DNA from: Heptranchias perlo
Taxonomy: Eukaryota
Length of the DNA stretch: 64,000 nucleotides
Assembly: GCF_035084215.1 (NCBI RefSeq)
Contig: NC_090350.1
Location: 15,872,001-15,936,000, forward strand
Direction of reading: 5' to 3'
Shown here: one piece after another, positions 14,014 to 39,140 of the stretch
Layout: each line of letters opens with the position of its first letter
How positions within the stretch are numbered: the stretch's first letter is position 1
Notes under the pieces: generated by a model
Told to the model about the DNA's origin: nothing
The model's input: only the letters and a program-made list of their open reading frames with translations
The model's database searches: none
Made by a program: the position numbers and the translations under genes

Positions 14014-14629
14014 AACAATTAGGAGAGGCAGCTGCTAAGTGGGAGTTCCTGTCTTTTTTTAAAAAAATAACCTTTTTTGGTTTACCGTCCACTGCGTACA
14101 GCGGGCAAATCGGGTCAACGCCAACGCTCCCGCTACAACCGGTGGGGACTGTATGTTATAACATATACAGATACTGATTCTCTAAGTAAAATTCAGTGTA
14201 TTACTGCACAATACATAGAGTCTGCTATTTGTCATAACTCAATAAAACACATTATTACTGTACTTTTCAACTCAAATCATGCCGTTCTAATACGAGATCC
14301 TTCCTCTTGCCACCAAAGACCATAAAACACCACAGAAAACTAAAGAATATACTTCCTCCATAATCGAACTGTAGAGAAAATGGGCAGGTCAGTGTGTTTC
14401 ATATCGGAGGTTGAAATGATAGAAATAACACCGATAAAGCATTTGACTTTTCCTCCTCTAGGTTAGTTGTTATTTCTTGTAAAACATTCCAAGCCCTGTG
14501 TTGCTTTAAATATCAGTTATCATTCGCCAGTAGAGTTCAGTGTATTACACAATATGCACTGGAAGGTTAGTTGCTATTGAAACAGCATGTTGCTACACAA
14601 AGCCTATGATTCTTGTTGAAACAAAATCC

Positions 14630-14654
14630 CCGCCACCACCACCACCACCACCAC
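14630..14654. repeat. (CCA)n microsatellite
   Basis: Directly visible. Confidence 0.8.
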
Positions 14655-14774
14655 CCTGCCCCATTCCCAAACCTACCAATTTGCACAGGCAGGCAGCACG
14701 CAAACATTTGGTGGCCATTAGTGATGGAGATGTCAAATGGAAGACAATTCTATGCTCTATATAAAAAACAAATG

Positions 14775-15208
14775 AAGAACTTCCTTTTATACGGCACCCG
14801 TCTCAAAGCGCTTCATAGTCAAAGACTTACTTCAGAAGGCAGTCACTATTATGCAGGGAAACATGACAGACAACTTGCATACGGCAAGGTCCCACAAACA
14901 GCAATGAGACGAATGACCACTTAATCTATTTTGGTGGCAATGATTGAGGAATAAATGGTCAGGACACTGGGAGAAGTCCCCTGCTCTTGTTATAATAGTG
15001 CCATTGAATTTTTTACATCCAACTGAATAACCAGGCAGATCCTCGGTTTATCGTCTCATCTAAAAGACTGCATCTTCTTACAGTGCAGCACTCCCTCAAT
15101 ACTGCACTAAAGCATCAGCCTAGATTATCAAGTCCTGGAGCTGGGCTTGAATGCTTGACCTTCTAACTCAAGAGATGAGGGTAATGCCATTGTGCCAAGG
15201 CTGGCACC
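14775..15208 (-). mobile_element. Older copy of the same SINE family
   Basis: Diverged match to 6313-6741. Confidence 0.7.
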
Positions 15209-16283
15209 AGTTGGGGAGAGCGCTCAAGGTTGTTATACATATTTAGCTTTCGGACTGTGTAAAACACTGAAGCCCCAATCATGCTTTGATGCTATAGTTC
15301 ATACTTACCAGCATGATGTCAAGTATCCCTCATGTCGAATATTACTGGTGTTTTTGAAAGCAGGTGCTGCCTCTGTACAATAACTGTAATTACTGCTAAT
15401 TATATTTAATTTCTTTAATACAAAATGGTCACAAATCCATCTTTCCTCTTAAAAAAAATAATAAAGCCATGTGTCCAAAAAACAAAGTCATAATTGTACA
15501 AATTAAAAGGTAATATTTATACATACAATATCCAAAGCACAACAAAATATAATGGGTTCAAAAAATAAAACCACGTGTTGCTATTAAATCTAACTCCATT
15601 GAGTCCATTTAGAAATATCTGGAGATTATGGCCTTCTGTGCTGTTCTCACACTCTCCCTCTCACAGCTGCACAAGGCTTTGACACCAAAATGAGAGCACT
15701 GTGCCTGCGTACAAAATCTGTCAAGACTATATCAAGCACAGAAGAAAACGCTTTAAATGAAGTTCAGGGCAAAGAAAAATGAACTGCCAATTCGTACTCG
15801 AAACGTGAAATAGTGATGGCATCACCAGCATTTAGGAACTTCCAACAAGAGATTTAAAATCGAATTTTACCAAATGAAAAACATACCATGTTTTATGCAG
15901 AATAAAGTCTCACATAATGCCACTGGTAACATCAAATGGTCAAACTGTAACACAGACTTAAAAGCGACCAATTAATTCCCTCCCTGGCCTCCCCCCCATC
16001 CCATGACAATTTAAATTGACTATAAAACCCAGTGCGTGCTGTACTTGTACAAATAACAAACTATTGGACTGTAACCATACAGCGACGTTCAATAGAACAC
16101 AGATCAGATGCAGCGCATAAAGATGCGAGGTGGCCTCAAACACCAGGATGAGGCACAGCTGCTTTGCTGTGGTATTGAGTTCAGTAAAAATCACTGTGAA
16201 CGTCTGGAGCGAACTGGTTTTAATGCTGTATGTCCACGTTCTTTAAACCTGGATCTTGGCATCCGCAACTGGCAAGAGTTTCT

Positions 16284-28800
<12,517 letters not shown>

Positions 28801-28808
28801 CACCTGGA

Positions 28809-28988
28809 AGGAATCTTCCAACACCAGGTTATAGTCCAACAAATTTATTTTAAAATCACAAGCTTTCGGACGAAGGGGATAATCTCCGAAAGTTTGTGAT
28901 TTTAAAATAAATTTGTTGGACTATAACCTGGTGTTGGAAGATTCCTTACATTTGTCCACTCCAGTCCATCACCGGCATCTCCACATCA
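28809..28988. mobile_element. Penelope-derived palindromic short insertion (family 1, copy B) in the MEAF6 promoter
   Basis: Inverted repeat of about 62 bp with one mismatch. 13-bp TSD TGTGCCACCTGGA at 28796-28808 and 28989-29001. The centre holds a hammerhead core lacking its first CU. Confidence 0.85.
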
Positions 28989-29059
28989 TGTGCCACCTGG
29001 AGCGTCGTCAATCAGAAGGCAGAGCACATTACATGGATATTAGTAAAATAATTCAACAC

Positions 29060-30130
29060 AATAGCAACAACTTACATTTATATACCGCATTAAGTGTGGC
29101 GAAACATTCCAAGGAGCTTCACAGTTTGGGTCAGACCTAAGCAGTAGAAGAGGAATTAAGCAAATAGCCAAAAATAGGGTTGAAAGTTTTTAAGGTTTTT
29201 GAAGGCAGGGAGAGATGAATGAGTTTTTGTGAGGTCGAGCTTGAGAGGCTGGTGAGGAGTGCGCTGGAAACAGGAGATTTTCAGTGTCAGGGGTAGGGGG
29301 ATCAGGAAGAATGGAGACAGGAGATGTGACAGAGATGAAAGTCTTTGGTCTTGGACTGGATGTGGGGATTGAAGCTAAGCTCAGTCAAGCAGGACACCAA
29401 GGTTGCATATATCAGATTGGGCATCCAGAAAAGGGGTGGAATTGGGCTAGGGTATGAAGTTTCTGCTGGAAGTTTAACAGGATAGCTTTGGCTTTGCCAA
29501 AGTTGAGCTGCATAAAGTGCTGGCTGATTCATAACTTGATGTCAGATATGATGTGGAGATGCCGGTGATGGACTGGGGTTGACAATTGTAAACAATTTTA
29601 CAACACCAAGTTATAGTCCAGCAATTTTATTTTAAATTCACAAGCTTTCGGAGGCTTCCTCCTTCAGATAGGCAGTTGGACAGCACAACGGAAGTTACTG
29701 AATCAAGAGTGGTGGTGGAGCAATAATGTTGAGTGTCATCAACCTATATATGCAAGCTGCTTATGTCGCTGATGGGTAACATACAGATGATGGAGGGTGC
29801 AAGAAATGAACCTTGGAGGTGACTGCAGGTACATAGGTAATAGCCATTGCATGACATGTGCTGACTTCAGTGCGGCAGATAGGAATGGAACCACGTGAGG
29901 ACAGTACAAGAGGTAAACACAGAAGAGAGGTTCTGGAGGCAGATGCTGTCATTATCCATAACAAATGCAACAGGGAGGACGTAAAGGGATGATGCATCAT
30001 GGTCATAGTCACAGAGTACCTTTGGTGACTTTGACCAAGGTGGTCTCAGTGTTGTGAAAGGATTCAAAAGTGGAGTTTAGGACTGACAATAGTTTCCAGA
30101 ACCTCGGAGAGAGGGAGATTGAAGACTTGG
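29060..30130 (-). mobile_element. Degraded L2-clade fragment
   Basis: Reverse-strand L2-like RT and tail remnants. Boundaries are approximate. Confidence 0.55.
29549..29663 (-). mobile_element. Penelope-derived single-arm insertion (family 1, copy C) inside an L2 remnant
   Basis: Identical to the left part of copy A and ends within the hammerhead core. TSD TCAGATA at 29542-29548 and 29664-29670. Confidence 0.8.
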
Positions 30131-31792
30131 GTAGGTGTTTCAACAAAGCCTCTATATGTGCCCATGAGTTGTGTAATCGACAAATTAGTTTTGAATCTTA
30201 AATCTCCCTCCTAGCAAGGTGATGTTACTGACAACTGGACACTCAGTGGTGACATGAACTTTCAACTAGCTTTCTCAAACAAAAAATAAATTGGCTACGG
30301 TAATAGTAAATCATACGCAAGCATTTTGTTTTGCATAAGTTAGAAGTGCACTAATTCACACTTTAGTAAACGCACAAGGATGTTTAGTTATTTTAGTTAT
30401 ACTAAAGTAAGTGATCTCAGGTAGGGCAGTTTCAGTACTATAATTGTCCTCAGCACACCCTAGGTTGAAGAGAAAAAAATTCAGCCCCTTCCACATCATT
30501 ATCCAGTTATCCGTGCTGGAAAATGCATATCAGTGAATGTTGAGTTAACATGAAACAGCTCACCAGTGGTTGGATAGCTGGCCAACATTCAGTATCTGGT
30601 CTTATATGTGGCCACTTGGACATTTATAGAACTGTACCCCAGCAGTGATTTAGTGTCATTTGCAAAAGGAGAACATTTTTTAAAAATGGAAGAATGCAAA
30701 GCAATATTTTTCATTGAGGGGGTTTATAAACGGCTGCCAATCTACAGAAACTTCCAACAGTTAGCCTCTAAATGACCTAAGGATGTGCCTATTTAGACCA
30801 CATCCCTATAGGGAGTACTCAAGCAGTGCCCTTAATGGAACAGGCTAGCTCCATCTTAGCAACTAAAGCATCACAGCAATGTTTCAGACACAAGACTACC
30901 TGTGATCAATGCCCACAGGAGATCAACTGGTAAAATACATTTCTTTTTAAAGTGAGCCTTTTTTCAGAAGGAGCATGTAATGTTGACATATTTGGTATTT
31001 GGAACAAAGGCACTCAACACATCAAAAATATTGTTGAAATCTACTTTACTAAAAATGATACAGACTGCCAAAAACATAGGAGCGATTGTAACAAAGTCAA
31101 CATTACAATCTACAGAACACCAGTTTTCTTTATACAACAAAATATAATTTTGAGCAGTATTTTAAAACAGCTTTTCATTTAATAACAAAATGCGTCAAAA
31201 GGTAGGCTTGTGTCACTGTTCATTATCGCTGTCCTGTTGCTTAGCAACAATCTGGCTTCACTTCTTCGCTGGACGACTGCACTGGGGAGGGGGTAAACTT
31301 GAGCCCTTTGGTATGAAAATCTATGAATATTTTAGCAGATACATTTGTTCACAAAGAAAAGAATTTTGTTAGTAGAAAAGAAAGTCAGATATTTTCTTCC
31401 TGACTGGTTGTTTTCAAGGTCTACACATATTAGGTGTGTGCGATTACGCTAAAGCTGTAAAAAAATCCTTACCCTCCTTCCTATTTTAAAAATCAAACTG
31501 TTTCGATGCCACATCTACCAAGTGCAATTACATTTCCTGCCCCTCCATGCAAGCTGCTCAATACCAAACTCTTTCAAGTCAGGAGGGCTGAATGTCCCAG
31601 ACCTCCTCCTTCAACAAAGTCAACGTAATAGGTCAGCAAGAAGTACATCTCAAGCAAGCCGGGTGACACCGGTTTCCTCCTCCCTATCCCCTTCAATCCA
31701 AGCAGTTACGGAGGCAGTGTTAGACTCAGCTATATGTCCAGGACATTCATTCATCTTAACTGGAAAGTCCATCAACATAATGAAAATGATTT

Positions 31793-31895
31793 AAAAACAG
31801 AAAATGCTGGAAAACACTCAGCAGGTCAGGCAGCATCTGTGGAGAGAGAAGCATTAGGTCCATCGTTTCAGGTCCATGGCCTTTTGTAACAACCG
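31793..31895 (-). mobile_element. Degenerate Penelope terminal repeat (family 2)
   Basis: AAAACAGAAAATGCTGGAAAACACTCAGCAGGTCAGGCAGCATCTGTGGAG, as in the 6950 copy. The hammerhead part has decayed. Confidence 0.65.
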
Positions 31896-33583
31896 CTAAA
31901 AATTTAAGTTAATGTTGGAATATCCATCTACTACCACTAGATGTCAGAAACAAATTTTGGAAATATAATGTACAGACATGTTGATGCAGAACACAACAAT
32001 TTCAACCATTTCTTGCTTGAATCCAACAACAGACTCTTAAATATTAGAGATCAGAGTCAGATTGGGCTGGTAGTTTAGAGAATCCAAGCTCGGTCAGTGC
32101 TTGAAATCGACAATATTCATCTTACTGACAGGTAGTGCAGAGATTTAAACTCATGAGCAACCAATCCCAAACCAAGATTCCGATCGAAGTTTCCATCACA
32201 ATGAGTTGGATTTGAACCAGTAACATCCCAGGAATTTAACTGATTACATAAAGGGAAAGGGGGATTTCTTTCAGTAGAAAGCACATCCACCATGTATGTA
32301 CCGGGAAAAATATAGTTTAAAATTCCCATTTCAGAATAGATATTCCTAGTTACAGTGAGTTTCTGCCAGCCAGTGCCATTTGGGTGTCGACTTCACTGAC
32401 AACGGGTACAGCTGCATTTGTGACTTCTTCCAAATCAAACCTCATGTATCAATATCCAGAGCCAGAGAGGCCTACCTATGGGGTTCATTGATGTTCCTCT
32501 TGTTCCCTGCTACAAATAGCGACCCAAAACACCAACTTAGCTGGCTGGGGAATGAACCCGATAACTAGAAATTCCACTGCCAGGCAGGAGATTTAAGTAA
32601 TTGTGTGTACTGAGATATCAGGGAATGAGAAGATCCCTACCTTCCCCTCTTTAAGTAAAAGAGGTACGAAAAGAAATCAAACTTAAGAGGCAGAATCCCC
32701 TCCGGCATGGAAAAAAAATCCTGTATTTTCACAAAAGGATTCACCACAAAATATTTTCAGTCAAAACAATGAATTCTTGGCCATTTTTACCATTTACTTA
32801 ATCCACTGTGCAAATACCAGAGGATTCTGAAAGGTCCGTTACCATAACTTGTGTACGGAACAGAGGTTTTGAATTAAGAAAAACACACTTGTCTGCAATC
32901 TTCTGCTAGAAAAAAAAAGTAATTAAAGGCTTCAGTCTAGCAATGCATTATCTCAGATTCTGTAAAAGCCAACAGGAACATGAAAGGAGCTGAAGCAACG
33001 TTGTGAGCAGTTGTTTTGTGACGTCCCCAGACCAAAGAGTCCAGTAGATAAATTTGCTTATGGAGTTTATTATTCTCTACCTAATAACTTGGCCAAAAAA
33101 AAAGAAAAAAAATGAAAAGAATATAATGAAAAGCATCACATACTCCTACATCATTGACAATGCTGCATTTTAGGAGCTGCTCTGTTAAATTTACTCAAGT
33201 CAACTCAGCGGTTTCTTGCTACCATTTAACAGGCCTCTTCCTGAACATCACATTGGAGGCAAACATACCAGATTATGAAACATGAAATTCGATTGTGAAA
33301 CAGAACCCTAAACATTTGGTCTGAAGGGATTATACAGTTCAATCCTGTTAGCCAGGCCACATTTTGTTCTTTGAAATGTCGCATTGGGTTATAATGGAAC
33401 ACCAAAAATTTGGGAGGGAGTCAACATAGGCTATCAATTGGCTTGGCCTGGACAGAAAAATATAAAACTGGTCAACTGTCCAATGGTACTTCCAATTATA
33501 GTATAACCATTTATCTGCAAGTTTGAAAGGGAAAGTAAAACTGCAGTGCCAATTTCAAAATGAACAGTCGGCAGGTTTTTATG

Positions 33584-36500
33584 TTAACTTTCAACTCCCT
33601 CATCCTCGTCGTTCTGCTCTTCTTTTTCATCCACCTCAGCAGTATCCGAGAATTCGTGCAGAATGACGTACTCCCTGCTGCTGAAGCCGAATTTCAGCAC
33701 ATCCTTTTCTCTGAGTTCGTAGTATCGCTGTGCTTCAATGCGCTGATTGTTAAGGTATGTGCCATTGGCAGAACCCAGGTCGATGATGTATGGTCTCACC
33801 CTCCTGCCAGTTGTGCCATCGCTCCGTGAGTACTCCACAAGTCTGTGGGTAGAAAATGGACAGCAAGTTACGTCGTGCAACATCTGTACTCTTTAATATT
33901 AAAGGTCTACAATTCTACATCAGTCTCATTTAGATGGGAAGAATTATACTGAGGATTTACCCAAGGAGGGAAGTAAAACAAGTCAACAACCTTAATGAAA
34001 AGTTACCTAATGAGAAAGGACCAGAGAGGCGCAGACTGATGCTTCAGCCTTGACCACTGAATGGTACGCCCAAGATTCCCTATCAACCAGCTTCCTCATC
34101 TATCACTATCAATAGGAGATGCCCAAACACGAGAGATGAATACGATAAATCCCTGTAGTACTTAAAACTACTTTTAGAGAGGGAATGAGTACTAGTCATC
34201 ACAAGGTGGGGGGGGGGGAAAGAGAAGAGAGAGAAAGGACAGCGAGAGGAAGAGAGGAAAGAGAAGGGAAGGAGAAAAGAACCTGCAGTAGATTGACCAT
34301 GGGCTCTTGCTGTGCAGCTGCGTGCAGGCAGGCTTATAGCAGCAATGGCAGAGACTGGGAGGAGTCTTCTTGGCTGGGAAAAGAACCCAAAATAGAGCAG
34401 AATGAGATAAAATTTACAAAATGGGGCAACAATACTTCTACAGCAGTTACTACGTCAGGGGAGGAGGTGCCTAAAAAACCCTCAAAAATTTCTCTCAGTA
34501 AAACACAGCTGCACAGAATGAGAATGTCACTAATTTTGTGTGAATAGGACTGTTCAAAATGGTTAATTTTAATTTTTCTTTTAAGAAAGGACTAGAAGCA
34601 TTTCAGTTTAAAAAATTAATCCTGGTAAAGCCTCTCCCAGCACCAGAACGTAACTTCAATTTGTAATTTTTAAAAATTCGTTCACGGGATATGGGCGTCG
34701 CTGGCGAGGTCAGCATTTATTGCCCATCCCGAATTGCCCTAGAGAAGGTGGTGGTGAGCCGCCTTCTTGAACCGCTGCAGTCCGTGTGGTGAAGATTCTC
34801 CCACAGTGCTGTTAGGAAGGGAGTTCCAGGATTTTGACCCAGCGACGATGAAGGAACGGCAATATATTTCCAAGTCGGGGTGGTGTGTGACTTGGAGGGG
34901 AACGTGCAGGTGGTGTTGTTCCCATGTGCCTGCTGCCCTTGTCCTTTTAGGTGGTAGAGGTCGCGGGTTTGGGAGGTGCTGTCGAAGAAGCCTTGGCAAG
35001 TTGCTGCAGTGCATCCTGTGGATGGTACACACTGCAGCCACGATGCGCCAGTGGTGAAGGGAGTCAATGTTTAGGGTGGTGGATGGGGTGCCAATCAAGC
35101 GGGCTGCTTTGTCCTGATGGTGTCAAGCTTCTTGAGTGTTGTTGGAGCTGCACTCATCCAGGCAAGTGGAGAGTATTCCATCACACTCCTGACTTGTGCC
35201 TTGTAGGTGGTGGAAAGGCTTTGGGGAGTCAGGAGGGTCACTCGCCACAGAATGCCCAGCCTCTGACCTGCTCTTGTAGCCACAGTATTTATGTGGCTGG
35301 TCCAGTTAAGTTTCTGGTCAATGGTGACCCCCAGGATGTTGATGGTAGGGGATTCGGCGGTGGCAGTGCCGTTGAATGTCAAGGGGAATCACAATGAAGC
35401 AAAGCTGCCCACTGGCCTTGATCAATCCGTATATTGGGATTGGGGAGGTCCGAGCATGTTAAAAACAAACCTGATGATAGAAACATACACCCAGATGCTA
35501 CACATTTCAACCTTTACCATCCAAGTCTTTTCTTCTATAAACAGCCAAAGGATAGAAGCAATGTTTAAAAGGGGATTGAGAGAGAAAATGACAGCAGACT
35601 GCTGAAACAAACAACTTGATGTGACTGTGGAATGAGATGAGACCATTTGGCCAGTCAAAACCAAACCTTCCAAGATCCATCTACTCTAGCACAAAGTATT
35701 CCCCACCTGTTTAATGTCCTGAGACAAAGTGTTGCATAAATATTGTCCCCCATCCTAAAGTAAGGCATTTGTTAAAGCTGTGCGCAAAAATTGGTTGCGT
35801 TTCCTACATTACAAAGTGACAAACATCAAAAGTACTTCATCGGCTGTGAAGCACTTTGCGACGCCATGAGGTCGTGAAAGGCACTATATAAATGCAAGTT
35901 TTCTTTTTCTCTAACTCTAGAACACCTATCCGTTCTGGTCAGCTGTTCTCCAGAGAGATCACCTTCCCTGTCCCAGGAACACAGGAACCATTGTGCTCTT
36001 TAGAGTATCTGATCATCTCAAGTCAGTCAAGTATCACTGTAACCACCAGCCCTGTTCTTAACTAGATGTTTGATCAGTTTTGTTCTTAGGAGGTATTTTC
36101 CTGGGAAGCCTGTTCTACATTAACTACTGTCCAGTGAGGAAAAGAAAAAGAATTTCCTCATCTCTAGACTTCCTGTTAAGAGGAAATGGGAAAGAAAGAG
36201 ATGTGGACAAGGAATAAAAGGAGGCAACTGATGCAAAAGCAAAAAAAATTACACAGGAAGAGCTGGGGACAGAAAAAATTTGGCGTCCACAAAACAGACA
36301 TGACAGACAGTACATGAAACCAAGACTAAAATTCGTGACAGTTGTTTTGCCACAAAGCAAAGCCTTTCATAATGGATGGATAGGTCCATATGACACAATG
36401 ACAAACCATACCAGAGCTTTAGGATGCTGCTATGTTACAGATCCCAGTCTCAAACCAGAATCTGTACAGTTTGATGTACAGCTGGCAGACCCAAGTTATA

Positions 36501-38945
36501 CTGGTGGCTGCGCTTTGCACTGAGTTTGCTGACAAAGGAACTTTATGTACTGACATCTGTTTGCTGGAGCAGAGAATTTTTAATAGGGAGCACTTAAAAT
36601 TCCATACTAAGTTTAGAAAGATGACAGGAGATCCAATGGGCTTTGAATCAGGCTGAATTATACTATGTCCAGTGCAAGACTAACTAACAAGAGTGGGTTT
36701 CACACCTCTTGGCTTCAGCACATTAGAATGTCAGACTGGAATCCAATTCCTGAGTTACTTTTATGTCCATCCATATTTTCCATCGATTCCAAAATGATAG
36801 TACAACAGCACTATTAGTTATCCTTTCACGTCAAGTCTGTTATAAAGTACTTAAAGTAACGCAAAGAACTTAACTTTAGAGAATAAGTTTCTAAAGTTCA
36901 GCCCCTTTAATAGATTTGGGTCATGTAAAAAATTTCAACAGGATATTTCTAAAGCCTCTCCCATTCAACTGCATTTATTAGCTAACACACCAACACCAAC
37001 CTGTACTGTAGCACTGCATGTTGCTTGGAGCAGGAGGGATGGTCAATCGGGATATCCACTATCCTACGTTGCCGGCCCAAAAGATAGGCACTCTGACGAT
37101 GAATGTGCATGACAGGGAGCGGCTCATCATTTTTGAATGGATAAAGACGCCATCGTTTCCTTGGGATCCGAGACTCTGGGGGTTCATTGTATTTTATCAC
37201 CACTCCACGAAAGGTGTTTGTATCTTCCACAAGGGCACCAGATAACTCAAAATTTGGCTCCTCTTTCACCTGTGCTGCGTTGCCGCTATTAGCCTGACTG
37301 TCGTTCGACTCAGATTCAGGATTCTCATCACCGAGCGTTTGGCACTGGTTGCGGTTCTGGCGCCTCCTCTCGTTGTAATACTCTCTCTCGGCCTGCTGGT
37401 CGCTCAGCTGTTGAGCCTCCCTGTCTCGGCCGCTCACGCCAGCTTCCGCATGAGACCCGCCATTCCTTTTGCTGTGGGCTCGCCCCCGGTCTGACCACTC
37501 TCTGTGTCGGTCTCGCTCGCCGTCCTTCTTGCGACGGTGCTCGTTCCCTTCAGAGCGGACTCGGTGACGTCTTTCGTCATGTTCCCGTCGCGGATGGTCG
37601 TGCCGTTCCTGAATACGATGAGAAAAATCTAACTTTGCTAGCCATAACATGGCTAGGAATTAAGAGACCACTGATTTTATCGCAACCGTCGGAGATTTCA
37701 TGGTTTTGCCAGCAAGCCCATTTATTGCACAAATATATAAACTGAAATACCCGTAGAAATAATTTTAAGTTTAGCCATAATGAGAAGGTTCTGAGCACCA
37801 GGACAGAATACAACTCACTTCCAGGCCGACAATTTAGATATTTGTACCACTAGATAAAGAATAAACATAGAATCATAGAAGGAGGCCATTTGGCTCATCA
37901 TGCCAGTGCTAGCTCCTTGGCAGAGCTATCCAATTAGTCCCACTCCCCTTCTCTTTCCCCATAGCCCTGCAATCTTTTTCCTTTTCAAGTATATATACAA
38001 TTGCCTTTGGAAAGTTACTACTTAATCTGCTTCTGCCACCCTTTCAGGCAGTGCATTCCAGATCATAACAACTCCCTGCGTAAAAAAAAATTCTCCTCAT
38101 CTCCCCTCTGGTTCTTTTGATGTGGAGATGCCGGTGATGGACTGGGGTTGACAAATGTAAGGAATCTTACAACACCAGGTTATAGTCCAACTGTTTTATT
38201 TGAAAATCACAAGCTTTCGGAGGATTTCTCTTTCGTCGAGAAAGCCTCCGAAAGCTTGTGATTTTCAAATAAAACAGTTGGACTATAACCTGGTGTTGTA
38301 AGATTCCTTACACTGGTTCTTTTGCTAATCTTAAATCTGTGTCCTCTGGTTACCAACCAGTCATTGGAAACAGTTTCTCTCTGTCAAACTCTTATCAAAA
38401 CCCCACCTCATAATCCCTCCTCAACCAATTCTTGCACCAAATCCAACCCCATCCCAATGTTAAATCCTTAATAATTAATTGCATTTTCATTGATTTCCTT
38501 TTGCATAAAATCACAAAGAGATTGAGGCGAAAACAACCCCTTTTCCCTCTCCCTGGTTCCTCCTCAGTAACTGTCCCAATACGAATGGAGACAGGAGCTG
38601 ATGTGGTTCCGGGCCTGAGAGGGTGAGACTGGGGATTTGGTCCATTATTGCTCCAGATTCCCCCCCTCTATGATGAATAATCTTCGTCAGTTACTCGCCA
38701 ACTCCACTCACCCGCTTCCACTTGCCCTGGGGCCGCGAATGTTGCTGGTGCTGAGCCGGTGCCGGGTTCCTCCTGGCCGGGGAGCGGCTCTTCCAGTGTC
38801 CGGGCGGTGACAGGCTGCCCCCGGAGGAGCCGGAACTCGAGTGCCGGTGCTTGGGAGCCGCCCCCTCGCTTTTGATTCTCACTCTGTCGCGGCCGGGGCT
38901 GTGCGTGGCCTTGCGGCGGCCCTGGCCCTGGCCCTGGCCCTCCAT
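33584..38945 (-). CDS. SNIP1: Smad nuclear-interacting protein 1 (FHA domain, RES complex), spliced CDS, 366 aa
   Basis: Exons 38945-38712 (Arg/Ser-rich, donor CGG|gtgagt), 37608-37001 (ERHDHPRR...FELSGALVEDTNTFRGVVIKYNEPPE...DHPSCSKQHAVLQYR), 33842-33584 (LVEYSRSDG...IDLGSANGTYLNN...KFGFSSREYV...GVES*). GT-AG, 1101 nt. The start codon of exon 1 is the least certain part. Confidence 0.95.
34670..35387 (-). mobile_element. 3' fragment of the same LINE family as 41622-43019 (SNIP1 intron 2)
   Basis: ILGVTIDQKLNW...RSVMEYSPLAW...AAHHHLL, near-identical to the 41.6-42.3 kb sequence. Confidence 0.88.
37866..38400 (-). mobile_element. CR1 3' end fragment (interrupted by Penelope copy D)
   Basis: CATAGAATCATAGAA tail, followed by CR1 3' UTR and ORF2-end sequence. 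Confidence 0.78.
38118..38312. mobile_element. Penelope-derived palindromic short insertion (family 1, copy D) in SNIP1 intron 1
   Basis: Perfect 68-bp inverted repeat (38156-38223 / 38245-38312). TSD CTGGTTCTTT(TG) at 38108 and 38313. Nested in a CR1 3' fragment. Confidence 0.85.
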
Positions 38946-39140
38946 CCTGTGGCGGGTGGCGGGTGGCGGCAGCTCCGTGGAGGCCGACCGGGCGATTCAC
39001 GGAAACATGTCAACACCCGGAACAACCGCCGCCTGGGTGGGGGAGGGAAGGACACAAGCACTTCCGGGACAGCCGTTGGGGGGGGGGGGGGTCAAAGGTG
39101 CAAGGGTCACTCTCAGCAGGCAAACCACATCCGGTTCTAG
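38690..39140 (-). promoter_or_regulatory. SNIP1 CpG island/promoter
   Basis: GC/CpG-rich region over exon 1, with ETS-like CCGGAAGT (~39060-39067) and CCGGATGT (~39127-39134) on the minus strand. Confidence 0.7.
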
